Source: an uncultured Nitrososphaeraceae archaeon (lineage in GTDB: Archaea > Thermoproteota > Nitrososphaeria > Nitrososphaerales > Nitrososphaeraceae). From it: 64,000 bases of DNA. Of the stretch, positions 1-10,745 are shown one piece after another (the stretch's first letter is position 1; each line of letters opens with the position of its first letter). The notes beneath the pieces are model-generated. The model had not been told where the DNA came from, searched no databases, and saw only the letters and a list, made by a program, of their open reading frames with translations. The stretch is from NCBI GenBank assembly GCA_963779615.1, contig CAVZZA010000005.1, forward strand, positions 544,001 through 608,000, given 5' to 3'. Both the position numbers and the translations under genes were made by a program.

Positions 1-176
1 AAGTCCTTATTGTTTAGGTGGCCGCCTGACTTTACCTCAAGACTTTATGCCTTGCAAAGCCGGATGAAAGTATTGCATCTAAGGTTGTTTATAATCGGAT
101 GTCCGTCAAATGTTGAAATGAAGGGTTTATGGGTTTATGGGTTTACCCACAAAGGATACGGCGGTGTAAAAATGGG

Positions 177-590
177 CTAGGCAGGCCTTCCATAGGCGTT
201 GGTTACTGTGCATGTGGCTGCCTGTCCTCCACTGCATATTGTGCCGTTGCATCCATCTGGAAATGTCGTTATGAGTGGCACTATCACGGAGACGGTGCTA
301 CCACCGGAGTTTGCCACATACAAAAACCCATTGTCGGGGTTGAAGGCAATGGACAATGGACGTGTTCCAACGGGTATGGGGGGTCCAGCAACGGTGTTTG
401 TTGATGGGTCTATCACGGATACGTTGTTGCCAAATTGGTTTGTCACATATGAACCCGTTCTCTGGGGTTTAAGGCGAATCCAACCGGACCCGATCCCCCT
501 TCCAGCCGAGCAGACACCATTCACTTGTACCCCAGGGTGAGGAGCACCCGCTTTAGGGTTGCCCCGTACCCATTGCGGGCGTCAAATGCA
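177..590 (-). pseudogene. C-terminal fragment of a YVTN/YncE-type beta-propeller repeat protein, frameshifted upstream
   Basis: ORF 177..524 contains YVTNQFGNNVSVIDPSTNTV...PIPVG.RP..IAFNPDNGFLYVANSGGSTVSVI, which are typical YVTN repeats. Further repeat remnants (GPVGFALNP, AFDARNGY) lie upstream in other frames. No N-terminus or signal peptide. Confidence 0.75.
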
Positions 591-1137
591 GGAGATGCCT
601 CTATACAGCACGGCACACTTTACAAAAAAAGGAGAATCCAACCTTTGTCATAATGTTTATATATAAGTATATGGGGGTTGTGTACTTTTATACACCAATC
701 TTTAATGAATTATCCATAAGTACACTATGTCGACATTGCTTATATAACGCAATACAGGGAACAGGGTTGGCATTTGCCAAAACCATTCGTTTGGGGATGG
801 AGGTATTTTCTGTTGCCACCCACATAGGCTCCCCTTCCCAGGCCTTACAGAGCATTTTTGGACTTTTGGTTTGCGCATACCCACGCACCATGGCAACAGA
901 ATACCATATACCGCCGCTGGTTTGGACCTATGATTAGTTGTGGTTGTTAGACTGGTCTTCTGCAATGCACAACATCGACGATCCGGTGACCGCGGATTTG
1001 CATTATTGCTGCAAAAACTTGGGCAGGGCAAGCCCCCGTTGAAAGATAGCCTGTCTGCAATCCAGGTGACAGGCCCAAGTGAGTCACTTTCTCGGGTAGT
1101 AGGTATTATCTATAGCCCGGGCCAAATGCCTGAAGCC

Positions 1138-1411
1138 CCAGATCTGTGCCATATACCTCATCGGCGAACAGCTCAATGCCGGTGATGAGAGTGCTGTCGT
1201 CTGGGGCGAGGATTGTGGCGGCTTTCGCGGTTTCGTCAGGGCTCCCATCCACCCCAGCGGCGGCACAGCGTTCACGAGGTTTGCCTTTAACTGCTCGCCT
1301 TGTTCCTCTTTGGATCATGCCGCTGGTCAGCGGTGTGCCTACCGGACCGGGGCTTGTGGCGTTGACGTGGATCCTGCGCTTTAGCACGACAGACGGGCGT
1401 GCCATCGGCAA
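1138..1411 (-). pseudogene. C-terminal remnant of an SDR family oxidoreductase
   Basis: LKRRIHVNATSPGPVGTP...GSPDETAKAATILAPDDSTLITGIELFAD matches the SDR C-terminal pattern (I.VN.vsPGp..Tp...G.pdEvA....FLasd.ss.itG.el.vDG). Internal frameshifts; no Rossmann N-terminus. Confidence 0.75.
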
Positions 1412-2332
1412 GGGGCGATAGCGATGAAAGGAGATGAGGAAAGGGGATTGTGGAAGGGAAAGGCGGTGTGGGTTTTGGGACTTGAGCGACTAGGCGTGGG
1501 GGCGTTGCCTCAAGCGGTGTGGCCCCTGGTTTATTTATATATGTATAGATATAAGCAAACAGGCGATAGATATAATGATGGGACCTTAATTACAGTTTGG
1601 TGTCCAAAAAGACCCTGCAATTGCTTTTGCTTTCGGCAGGTCAAAGGCTGTGGGGGACGGTGTTGCGTGCCTCCCATCCACCATAGCATATCGCCAAAAC
1701 GCTAATAAATAAACGGAGCACCGCTTTTGTGCCTCATCCAAAAACCAGATGGACCCAACTTCAACAATTCTTACCATCTATTGGCTATAAACTCCTTTTA
1801 AAACCATTGAATGGATCTAGTGAAGAGTCAAGGGCAACATGAGCCATTGAACCCCCTAAAATCCTCCCTTGGCGATTGCAACACGGATGTTTTCAGTCCC
1901 GGTTCAAGTTAAACCAGGGGTCGCCGCTGCACAACATCGCAAGGGTGACCACACCCCCTCCAACACTTGCCAATAAAGGTTACAAAAACAAGGCCCAAAA
2001 CCCTGTTCGGGGACAGCGTGCTTTGTGTTTGGCGCAATTCAGGGGCAACCGTCCATCCGCCATCAAATGGGAGGGTGACGGCGGAGGGCCAGGCTATGTG
2101 GTGGCGATACTCGGGATTGGCAGACTTGGGTGTCCGGTCATCCATCTCCCAACAGGATGGACTTTGGGACCATGGTCATCGGAAGAGGAAGGGACAGGTT
2201 GGGATATGGTAAACAGGCTTGATGGTTGCATTGCATTGGCAACAACGTGCAGAACGTAATTGAGGAACTTTTGAGGCAGAGTTTTGGGTTTATTAAACAT
2301 ATAAGGCTTGTTACCTTCATTATATACACATT

Positions 2333-3534
2333 ATGAAATCGTTAGTTATCATGGAGCTAAGGATGTCAGAATAGATGACAAGCCAAAACCACAGATTCAA
2401 GATAAAGAAGACATAATTTTAAAAGTTACATCCACTGCTATTTGCGGCTCTGATTTGCATCTTTATCATGGAAACGTACCGGGTATGGAACCAGGGCAAA
2501 CTTTGGGACACGAGTTTATGGGTATCGTGGATGAAATTGGATCGCAAGTAAATGAACTAAAGAAGGGAGACAGGGTGGTAATTCCTTTTAACATTGATTG
2601 CGGAAAATGCTGGTACTGCAGGACTCAGCAATGGTCGCAATGTGACAGGTCCAATCCAAATGGTAAAAGTGGAGCTGCCTTTGGATACACCCAATTGATG
2701 GGCGGATATGATGGGGGGCAGGCAGAATATGTCCGGGTTCCATTTGCCAACACTACATCACTCAAAGTACCTGACTCTCTTAAAGACGATCAAGTGTTGT
2801 TTCTAAGTGACATCATACCCACTGGATACTTTGGAGCAGATATTGCAAACGTTCAACCAGGGGACGATGTTGCAGTGTTTGGTGCAGGTCCCGTGGGTTA
2901 TTTTGCAATCATAAGTTCGTTTTTAAGAGGAGCAGCCAGGGTTTTCTCAATTGATCATTGGCCAAATCGATTAAGCAAGACAAAAGATTTGGGGGCGGAG
3001 ATCATCAACTTTGATGACGCAGATCCTGTAGAATTAATAAACAAGGAAACTAATGAAAAAGGCGTAATTTGCATAGATGCAGTTGGCTATGAAGCAGTGG
3101 GACACACCGGCAATATTTCATCATCATCCTCATCATCAGAGAATAGCGAGAATAACAAAAAAATTCAAAACATGCATGATCATACCAGAGTGTCAAATCC
3201 TACATATGAGCCTGCCAATCCATTGCAAATAATCTCATGGATAAGTCAAGTTGCCAAAAAAAATTCAACTGCAGCCATTCCGGGGGTGTACATATCAGCA
3301 CATGATAAATTTCCTTTGGGAGATCTTTTTCAAAGAGAAATTCAAATAAGGATGGGTCAATGCCCTGTCAAGAAATACAATGAGCAGCTCTTGCATTTGA
3401 TTGAAGTTGGCCGAATAAACCCACTTCCTTTAATAAGCCATACAATGAGTCTTGATGAAGCTCCAAAGGCATATCACATGTTTGACAGCCAAAAAAATGA
3501 CGTAACAAAGGTGGTGCTTAAAACAGGTTTATAA
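2333..3534 (+). CDS. Zinc-dependent medium-chain alcohol/formaldehyde dehydrogenase (FDH-like MDR), with an apparent 1-nt frameshift after codon 5
   Basis: Catalytic Zn motifs ICGSDLH and GHE; structural Zn cysteines CGKCWYC...C; GAGPVG Rossmann motif. The likely start ATG AAA TCG TTA GTT at 2333 joins YHGAKDVR if one T is restored. Confidence 0.9.
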
Positions 3535-3540
3535 TATTAC

Positions 3541-3547
3541 TTATAAA
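3541..3547 (+). promoter_or_regulatory. Putative archaeal TATA box (TTATAAA) for chaB
   Basis: TTATAAA lies 24-30 nt upstream of ATG 3571, spacing consistent with a leaderless archaeal transcript. Confidence 0.45.
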
Positions 3548-3570
3548 CAATTTATCGCATAGATTGCAAT

Positions 3571-3837
3571 ATGCCCAAACAAAGTAAAAGAAATGGTAGC
3601 GAAAAGGAGGAGGAGTTATCTGAGGCCACTGAGAAAAGAATTGATCAGCTTCCAGAGCACGCTCAGCATATTTTCAAAAAAGCTCATGCCAGCGCTGTTG
3701 AAGAGTATCAAGAGCCTGACAAAAGGAGAGGAGGCAAAAAGCAAAGTGCTGAAGAAGTTGCACACAAGGTAGCATGGGCGGCTGTCAAAATAGAATACGA
3801 AAAGGATGGAGAAAAATGGGTTAAGAAGAAGGAATAG
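3571..3837 (+). CDS. chaB: ChaB family protein
   Basis: LPEHAQHIFKKAHASA...EEVAHKVAWAAVK.EYEK..EKW is the ChaB signature. Confidence 0.88.
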   Translation: MPKQSKRNGSEKEEELSEATEKRIDQLPEHAQHIFKKAHASAVEEYQEPDKRRGGKKQSAEEVAHKVAWAAVKIEYEKDGEKWVKKKE

Positions 3838-4797
3838 CAACTGTTTCTACATCAGTCATTTGTTCCGTTGTTGAAAACAGGCAGGCAGGCGGATTTTTAT
3901 CACCGGACTTGATTTTTTATGAGGCGACACTAATTTGACTATTTCCCGTATCGGTGTTTTTATTTGTATAACTGTCTCACATTTACATTAAGTCATGGTG
4001 ATATGAATCGCATAATAGGAGTAATTTCGCCTGATGCTGCCTCTTTTTTCATTTCAAGAATTTTATCGATGGGAGATTACCAAAATAAGGAGTTGTTTTA
4101 ATATGACTAAAATCATTCAACATATCCGCAAGGCCTTGCAACTTCCCTTCTCTCGCCAAATCCGTCAAATTACTAGCTTCTGATGAAGGTGCAATTTGGT
4201 AGAGAACCCAAGTACTACAAATCCCGCAAATTCCTTAGTTTTCTGTTTATCTCTGTTGACAGAGGGTATTGATAAGCTTATCACTGGTTTAGTTGATTGA
4301 CAGATCATTCCTATCATTAAGGTGCATATGTTTCTCTATAGAGGAATGTTTAGTGTATATGGATTCACATTATGAATAGGTAAATTATAAATTATAAGAC
4401 CTTCTGATTTATAATAGGAACTATAAATTGGTAACTAACGTGAGAAACATTCTTCTTCTAAACAGATTGTACAAGAATACACCCATCATCGCCTTTACAA
4501 TGCTTTCCAATTTGGTTGTAGATACACATATTCTCCAAAGTTTCTCTCTATGGATGAAAATACCGTTTCTTTGGCCATCAATCTTTTTTGATCTAACTTT
4601 TTTATCTCGAATACGGGCATTCTTTGACGATTATGAAAAGAACAACAGAGATAAATAAAAAACGCATATCCATGTTATTTATGGTAATGATCAATTTATT
4701 ATATCACAGCCAACATTTGAGCCTAAACTCGATTATTTAGAACATATTGTCATTTTTTTATCATTGACTGCAATCTTAATTTCAGGAAATACTTAAA

Positions 4798-6018
4798 TTG
4801 TATCTTTTAAACTCTTTAACAGAATTGTCAATTGAGATTGGTCAGGTTGTTCATGATTTTGCCGTTATCATGATTGTGGCTGGTTTTATGGCTGTTATCT
4901 CAATCAAGCTAAAGCAGCCAATGGTAATTGGATACCTCTTGGCAGGAATGGCAATAGGTCCCTATACGTCACCATTTAACCTTATTTTAAACATTGACGT
5001 TTTAAACTTGTTTGCGGAGATTGGAATCATCTTACTACTGCTTGTCGTTGGGATGGAATTTCCCATTGAAAAACTTAGAAAAATAGGAAAAAAGGCTTTT
5101 GTTATTGCATTATCAGAAGCCCTGGTAACATTTGGTGTTGGATATTTTTTTAGCCATTATGTCTTGAATTTTGCGTTCTACGATAGCCTATTTTTAGCTC
5201 TTGCCATCTCGATTACAAGTTCTGTACTGGTAATGAGAGCTTTAGAAGAATTGGGAGTAATAAGGGAGGAAACATCCTCACTAATACTTGGGGTTTGTGT
5301 TATTGAAGACATAATTACAATATCCATTCTAGCGGTTTTACAATCAGTGGCAAGTACTGGCAGTTTTTCAATGCTACAGATAGGAACATCCATTGGAATT
5401 GTTTTGGTGTTTATAGTTGGAACGTTGTTAATAGGCTCCAAGATAATACCAAAGCTTATCAACTATGTGGGAAGGCTCAACAAACCTGATGTATTGGTAG
5501 TTTGTGTTTTGGGGGTTGTTTTTGGACTCTCATATGCTGCCTATGAGATTGGCATTTCAATTGCCACAGGAGCCTTTTTTGCTGGTGTATTGATAGCCGA
5601 ATCAAAAGTACAGGTGGTCTCAAAAGTCATGGCAACTCCAATCAGAGACATGTTCTCCGCTTTGTTTTTTGTGTCTGTTGGGGCGCTAATGAACATTAGC
5701 CTGATCCCTAACTTTATTCTGTATGCAATACTTTTCATCTTGCTATCAGTTTTTGGAAAATTTATATCGGTTTACCTCTCGAGTAGAACTCAAGGATTTA
5801 GCAAAAAAGTCTCGCTTAGGGCAGGATTTAGCCTATTATCCTCAGGTGGGGAATTAGCGCTTGTAACTGCAAGAGCAGGTGAATCCATAGGTGTGACATC
5901 CCCATTCCTATTACCCATGATAGGCACAATGACTGTAATCACCACTTTTCTTTCACCATACATAATCAAGGCAGGTTGGAGATTTAGGGGTGAAAACCTC
6001 AAGACGGAAAGAAGATGA
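4798..6018 (+). CDS. Cation:proton antiporter (CPA2/Kef-type)
   Basis: About 12 hydrophobic helices; motifs KLKQP.VIGYLLAG..IGP, AEIGIILLL..VGMEF, VIEDI, GAFFAGVLIAES, RDMFSALFFVSVG. Confidence 0.9.
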   Translation: MYLLNSLTELSIEIGQVVHDFAVIMIVAGFMAVISIKLKQPMVIGYLLAGMAIGPYTSPFNLILNIDVLNLFAEIGIILLLLVVGMEFPIEKLRKIGKKAFVIALSEALVTFGVGYFFSHYVLNFAFYDSLFLALAISITSSVLVMRALEELGVIREETSSLILGVCVIEDIITISILAVLQSVASTGSFSMLQIGTSIGIVLVFIVGTLLIGSKIIPKLINYVGRLNKPDVLVVCVLGVVFGLSYAAYEIGISIATGAFFAGVLIAESKVQVVSKVMATPIRDMFSALFFVSVGALMNISLIPNFILYAILFILLSVFGKFISVYLSSRTQGFSKKVSLRAGFSLLSSGGELALVTARAGESIGVTSPFLLPMIGTMTVITTFLSPYIIKAGWRFRGENLKTERR

Positions 6019-6071
6019 TTTTTTTATTTTTTTTTTGGACATTGCCAACAAGACTAGACTACCCTTATGGT

Positions 6072-6377
6072 TCATATTTCGCAACGATTTCTTTCACCAT
6101 CGCAATTATACAGCTGTTGTATGCATACAGTAAAACCCACATGAGCACAATCATTTAGACTGCAATTAGTACAAAATGGTGCACCGTCCTTTATTTTTAC
6201 TATTACGTTTTTATCCAGATATGAATCATAAAGCAAAGCTTGTCTTCCATTTACAAATTGCATTAAAACAAGTGGATTATCTTTTGATTTCTTGTTATCC
6301 GAATTAAGCCATTGAACAAAAGCTTTTCTACCTTCTTCAACAATGTTGCATTTGAAGGGCATTAATGTAACAATCAT
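6072..6377 (-). CDS. Hypothetical protein with C-terminal CxxC..C.H zinc-binding motif
   Basis: 101-aa ORF containing FCTNCSLNDCAHVGF. Confidence 0.5.
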   Translation of the reverse strand: MIVTLMPFKCNIVEEGRKAFVQWLNSDNKKSKDNPLVLMQFVNGRQALLYDSYLDKNVIVKIKDGAPFCTNCSLNDCAHVGFTVCIQQLYNCDGERNRCEI

Positions 6378-8043
6378 ACAATGCAGTTTGCTTTATATAT
6401 TTATATTCTTGATCAATAAAAAGACAAAGCATTACAGCATCTAATAATGTTTTTTTTTTGATATTGGGCGCTTTGCTGCATGATTCCTTTTTCCAAATGC
6501 ATTTAGCTGACACCTTTCAATAAACCACGTGAAATGGTCAAAATGCAACCAATCCCTAGTCATGGCGGTGGTGAAATTCAGAGGGCTGGGGCAACAATCC
6601 AAACAAACACAACCAATCAAGCACGGGAGGCAATAATGGATCAACTAGTGATGAAGGAAGAGAAGGGCAAACCTACTCCCCTGCTGCACCCTTACCTTTT
6701 GTAGCCCTCAATATTTCTGTTAACAATTCATTTGTTTTTTTTTGTTGTGCCAAAATTTCTCCAAGTAAAGAACCCTGGTCTTGTGGTATATCTGTTCCTG
6801 GATCTGAACCCATGCTAAAAACATCAAAGTCTGAATATTAAACCTTTTTCAACAACTCCCAAAACTTTGGTTCTGTTTCACCATCAGGTGTTTTGTTCCG
6901 CTGTTGATTTTGCGCTGGTGAGGTAAAATGTTGTGTGAAAACGGTCGGTGGAATTAATCGCTCGCCATTACCAATTTGACACTCATCAAGTTGTTGCGCT
7001 TTTTCTAAACTTCTAGAGTTATGTCTCCAGCATAGTTCTTAACCACCATGAAAGGGTTCGAATGCGTGCAGAATGGGTCCAATTTGAAATCGCCAAAAGA
7101 GTTGAAATCGTCAAACACAATTCCAAATTCGTCTCCAAAAGCCCATTCATTGCCAATGTCAAGTTCAAAGTGGGGGGCACATAATAGGAGCCGATCGTCG
7201 CTTCTGTCAAGTGTCAAGTGTTACGACCATCCTCTTTTTGAATATCTGTCATTTGCGTTCCCTTAGCATAATAATCATTTGGGATAGTACCCTCCTGCCC
7301 ATAGGAACCTTCCCCACGGGCCCGATGATTAAAAACTTGAAAGAGGAATTGAAGGACTGCAAAGTAATTGAGCCCCCTCACCTGCCCTACCCAGACTCCC
7401 TTTCGCCCATTGGATCTCTCCCTTTTAAACCCTGAAAACTGTCATTCGTAGAGATTGGTTCAACGGTTCGAGCCTGTTCAAATTCACACATTGCATTTAC
7501 CAATATGGGTAATGGGCAAAGATGGAAAGCATGATTGTTGCATGCATGAACAGGCAACCCTTTTTGCCATTTGATTAAAGCGTTCCTTTAACTGTTCCTA
7601 AACAACATGGTTTTACAAGCATGCAGAAATTGAGTGTTTTTGGAAAAATCGTCATATTATTTTATTGTCATTGACGGCTTTTAGGAATTGATATTTAAAA
7701 CAAAATCACTACTAAACAAAAATATATTTATAAAAGGATGATATATCCTGTAATAATTTTATAGATAGTGTTTAACTACCGTAATATGCATACATACATT
7801 GCATATACACGCCATCCCTTGAGCAAGTCAAGTCACATACCAAACACACCTCATGCAAATCTGGACCATGTTTAGTACACCTCATTGCTATGGGCCTCAG
7901 TCAAACTCCACTACACTCACGGAGGTAAGCATCATTGACACAGGGGTACTTACCAAAACTGAGACCCATGGTTCTCCCTTGTCGCACATTGCATGGAATG
8001 CGGACATTCAAATCCTGTTAAGATTTTTATGGTATTGTAACTG

Positions 8044-8506
8044 TTATTTTGTTAAATCGATACTATTTTCTATAAATTTGATATTCAAATCTATTTCTCT
8101 TTTAAATAAATTCCGTGTTGAAATAATTTGGTTCGCGTTATCATCACTTTCCTTTTCTAGATATTTGTCTATCTTATTTATCTGTCGACTGAGTATTTCT
8201 TTTAATCCACATAGTTTTGGTAATACCTGCCCTACAAACAAATTAATATTATTGAATATTTTAAAAATGTTAAATTATTCATAAGATTCACGTTCTTTGT
8301 TATAAGATGAACATCATCAAGAATTTTTTAGAATTTTCCTGGTCTTTGTTTTGCCTATAGTAAAGCAGTACTGCCATCAAAACTCCTATTAGAATGGATC
8401 CTATTGCCAATATTCTGTCAATAAAAGCATTAGGAGTGTTTAAAGGTGTATAAATTGCTGAATAAATGACATTATTGATCTCATTAAACTGATTGAAAGA
8501 ATCCAA
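8044..8506 (-). pseudogene. Frameshifted hypothetical single-TM membrane protein
   Basis: Two short same-strand ORFs (8300..8506 with a TM helix, and 8044..8241). The frame break falls at an A-run near 8325. Confidence 0.35.
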
Positions 8507-8605
8507 GAAAGTATTTTTTCACAAATATACACATTGTTATTTTACGATGAAAGTATTAAATAAAAAATAAAAAATATTGTAATTTACACTGGACTATTCA
8601 TAACC

Positions 8606-10180
8606 TCATCCTGAGGTGCGTTGAACTGGTGGTGGGCTCCATGTTCCATCAAGGACGGTTTCTGTTGGCAGATACATACGCAAGATAAGGTTAAACGAAT
8701 CCTGAGGTGCTGGCAGCCAGTTGGATTCCCTTTCTTGTCCCGGGCTTTTGCTCTGCAAATATATGTCAAGTGAGCCGTCAGTGTTGTTCTTTAGCCCCTC
8801 TGTGAACATGCCTATTGCGTAGCGATTTATTGGATTGTCGACAAACAATGACTTGTTGTTGTACATTGTAACAGACCAGAATGCGTCGACTGGCGGAGTT
8901 TGCCCTGGGTCAAAGTGGATTGTGTAGTTGTTGGCTCCGGTGAGGGGCTTTCCCTGGATATCGGTAAATGTAGTTGGATAGAGGGCTTCTTGACCTATGT
9001 TTGCGCCAAATCCAAATTTGGTGACTGCGGCACGGAAAAGGTAGTCAGTTCCATAAACTCCGGGCGCTGCGTTTACAAGCCATCCATTAACTTTCTCCCC
9101 AACGTTTGCCACTTTAGCATCTATCAGCCTTTCTCCCTCTGTTATGCCCGTTTGCAGTGCCGCTTTTATTGTGTCGTTGGTTTCAGCTGAAGGTACTTTG
9201 CCGGGGCCAATGCCTATGCTGGCAAGCTTGCCGACAAGGCCAGGATCAGGCGGGTTTAGCGGGTTGCCAGTCATTGCCTTGCTAATCTCATCATATATTT
9301 TGATGCCTGTGGTGGGTATAAGGGCAGGCTGGGGTGCAATTGGAACTCCATTCGTTGACGCGTTTACTGATGCTGCGGTTGTTGTGTTACCCTGATAAAC
9401 GGAAAGGGGTGTCAGACTTGTCTTGTCCTGGATTGCGTGAACATTAGGTATATCCTGTGGTCCCTTTACAAGTGTTCTTTGAAGGACCCACGCAAGGTTG
9501 TTTGGAGTCCATATCTTTGTCATTCCTTCGGGAACCTGCCCATTCCAGTTAGGGCCTGCAATAAGGTATGTGCCGCCAGTGGAACCTGTGGCCCGTGTTC
9601 CAACATATGCGTAGTCATTTGTGTATGCGTCCAAAAACTCAAATGCATAATACCTATCTTCAATTGGTGGAACCTTTAGAACAAGGGGTTCTTTCTTCAG
9701 GTCAAGCCAAGCAATTCCATACAGAGTATCGGCATTTGGACTGACAACATCCTTGAAACTTGCATTTACAAGATCGCGTGCAAAGTTAATGTTATTTGCA
9801 GGGCCACTTCCAATTACTCCCTTAGCTTGGGTATCAGGACTTGTGAAGTAGTCAAAACTTCTCTGCATTGTTATGAGTGGATAACCCCATATGTATGCAA
9901 GTGTGGCTATATCTTCAGGGTTGCCTGAAGATGAAATGTCTGCCATTTGTTTTTCCAAATCATTGCTTGTGATAGTTGAATTACTGGAAACAGTGGATTG
10001 GTTACCTGATTGAGGTGTTGTCACATTCGAACTAAATGATGCTTTCACATAAGAGGCTTGTGCGAGTGCATGAACATTGTTGACAGTCAACGGTTGTACA
10101 GAAGCAACAGCAGTAACAGACGATGACGTTAAAACAACCATCAAGAGTAACGACAGAAAAATGTTACTTGGCTTTTTCAT
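8606..10180 (-). CDS. Secreted DUF1254/DUF1214 domain protein
   Basis: N-terminal signal peptide; AYIWGYPL, SPNADTLYG.AWLDL (DUF1254); PPVDAFWSVTMY, DGSLDIYLQ, NWLPAP, LILRMYLP (DUF1214). Confidence 0.9.
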   Translation of the reverse strand: MKKPSNIFLSLLLMVVLTSSSVTAVASVQPLTVNNVHALAQASYVKASFSSNVTTPQSGNQSTVSSNSTITSNDLEKQMADISSSGNPEDIATLAYIWGYPLITMQRSFDYFTSPDTQAKGVIGSGPANNINFARDLVNASFKDVVSPNADTLYGIAWLDLKKEPLVLKVPPIEDRYYAFEFLDAYTNDYAYVGTRATGSTGGTYLIAGPNWNGQVPEGMTKIWTPNNLAWVLQRTLVKGPQDIPNVHAIQDKTSLTPLSVYQGNTTTAASVNASTNGVPIAPQPALIPTTGIKIYDEISKAMTGNPLNPPDPGLVGKLASIGIGPGKVPSAETNDTIKAALQTGITEGERLIDAKVANVGEKVNGWLVNAAPGVYGTDYLFRAAVTKFGFGANIGQEALYPTTFTDIQGKPLTGANNYTIHFDPGQTPPVDAFWSVTMYNNKSLFVDNPINRYAIGMFTEGLKNNTDGSLDIYLQSKSPGQERESNWLPAPQDSFNLILRMYLPTETVLDGTWSPPPVQRTSG

Positions 10181-10745
10181 AGTTTAGTGTTAAAATTACC
10201 ACATATAACTATTACCCATTGTATGTCTAACCAATTTACAAGTATACTATCCGACAGTAATATGCAAATCATGCACCAGGTGTTTTGGTTTGGTTGGTGT
10301 TTCTATAATGTTTACTTTTCTCAAATCAGCTTGAAAGTCCCTGCAATAAAATCATCACAGACTGTTCCAGTTATCAAACTGTCCTCTTTTTCTATGTGAA
10401 TCGAACCGCCCTTTATTGGATCTAACAGGCAGCGGTGGCTACCGATGTCTGATATAATGTTGGAAGCATTGCGATTCGTCTTGAAAATTGTCACTTAAAA
10501 GACCACTGCCGATGTTTGACACTATGCCATAACCTGGGAAGTGACATTAAGGGTTGGGAATCACCCATTGATGATGACGACAGGCCATAGCCTCAACTGA
10601 CAAGATTGACAAGGTAACAACTATTACAGCGAGTGAAACCGCAAATATTGGAAGGCTCTGCAACATGATTTGTTTTATTATTTTTTGGTAAACACATCTT
10701 AATATCTTCTAATTTGTTAATTTCTCCTTAAAAAAAGATGTGGGT

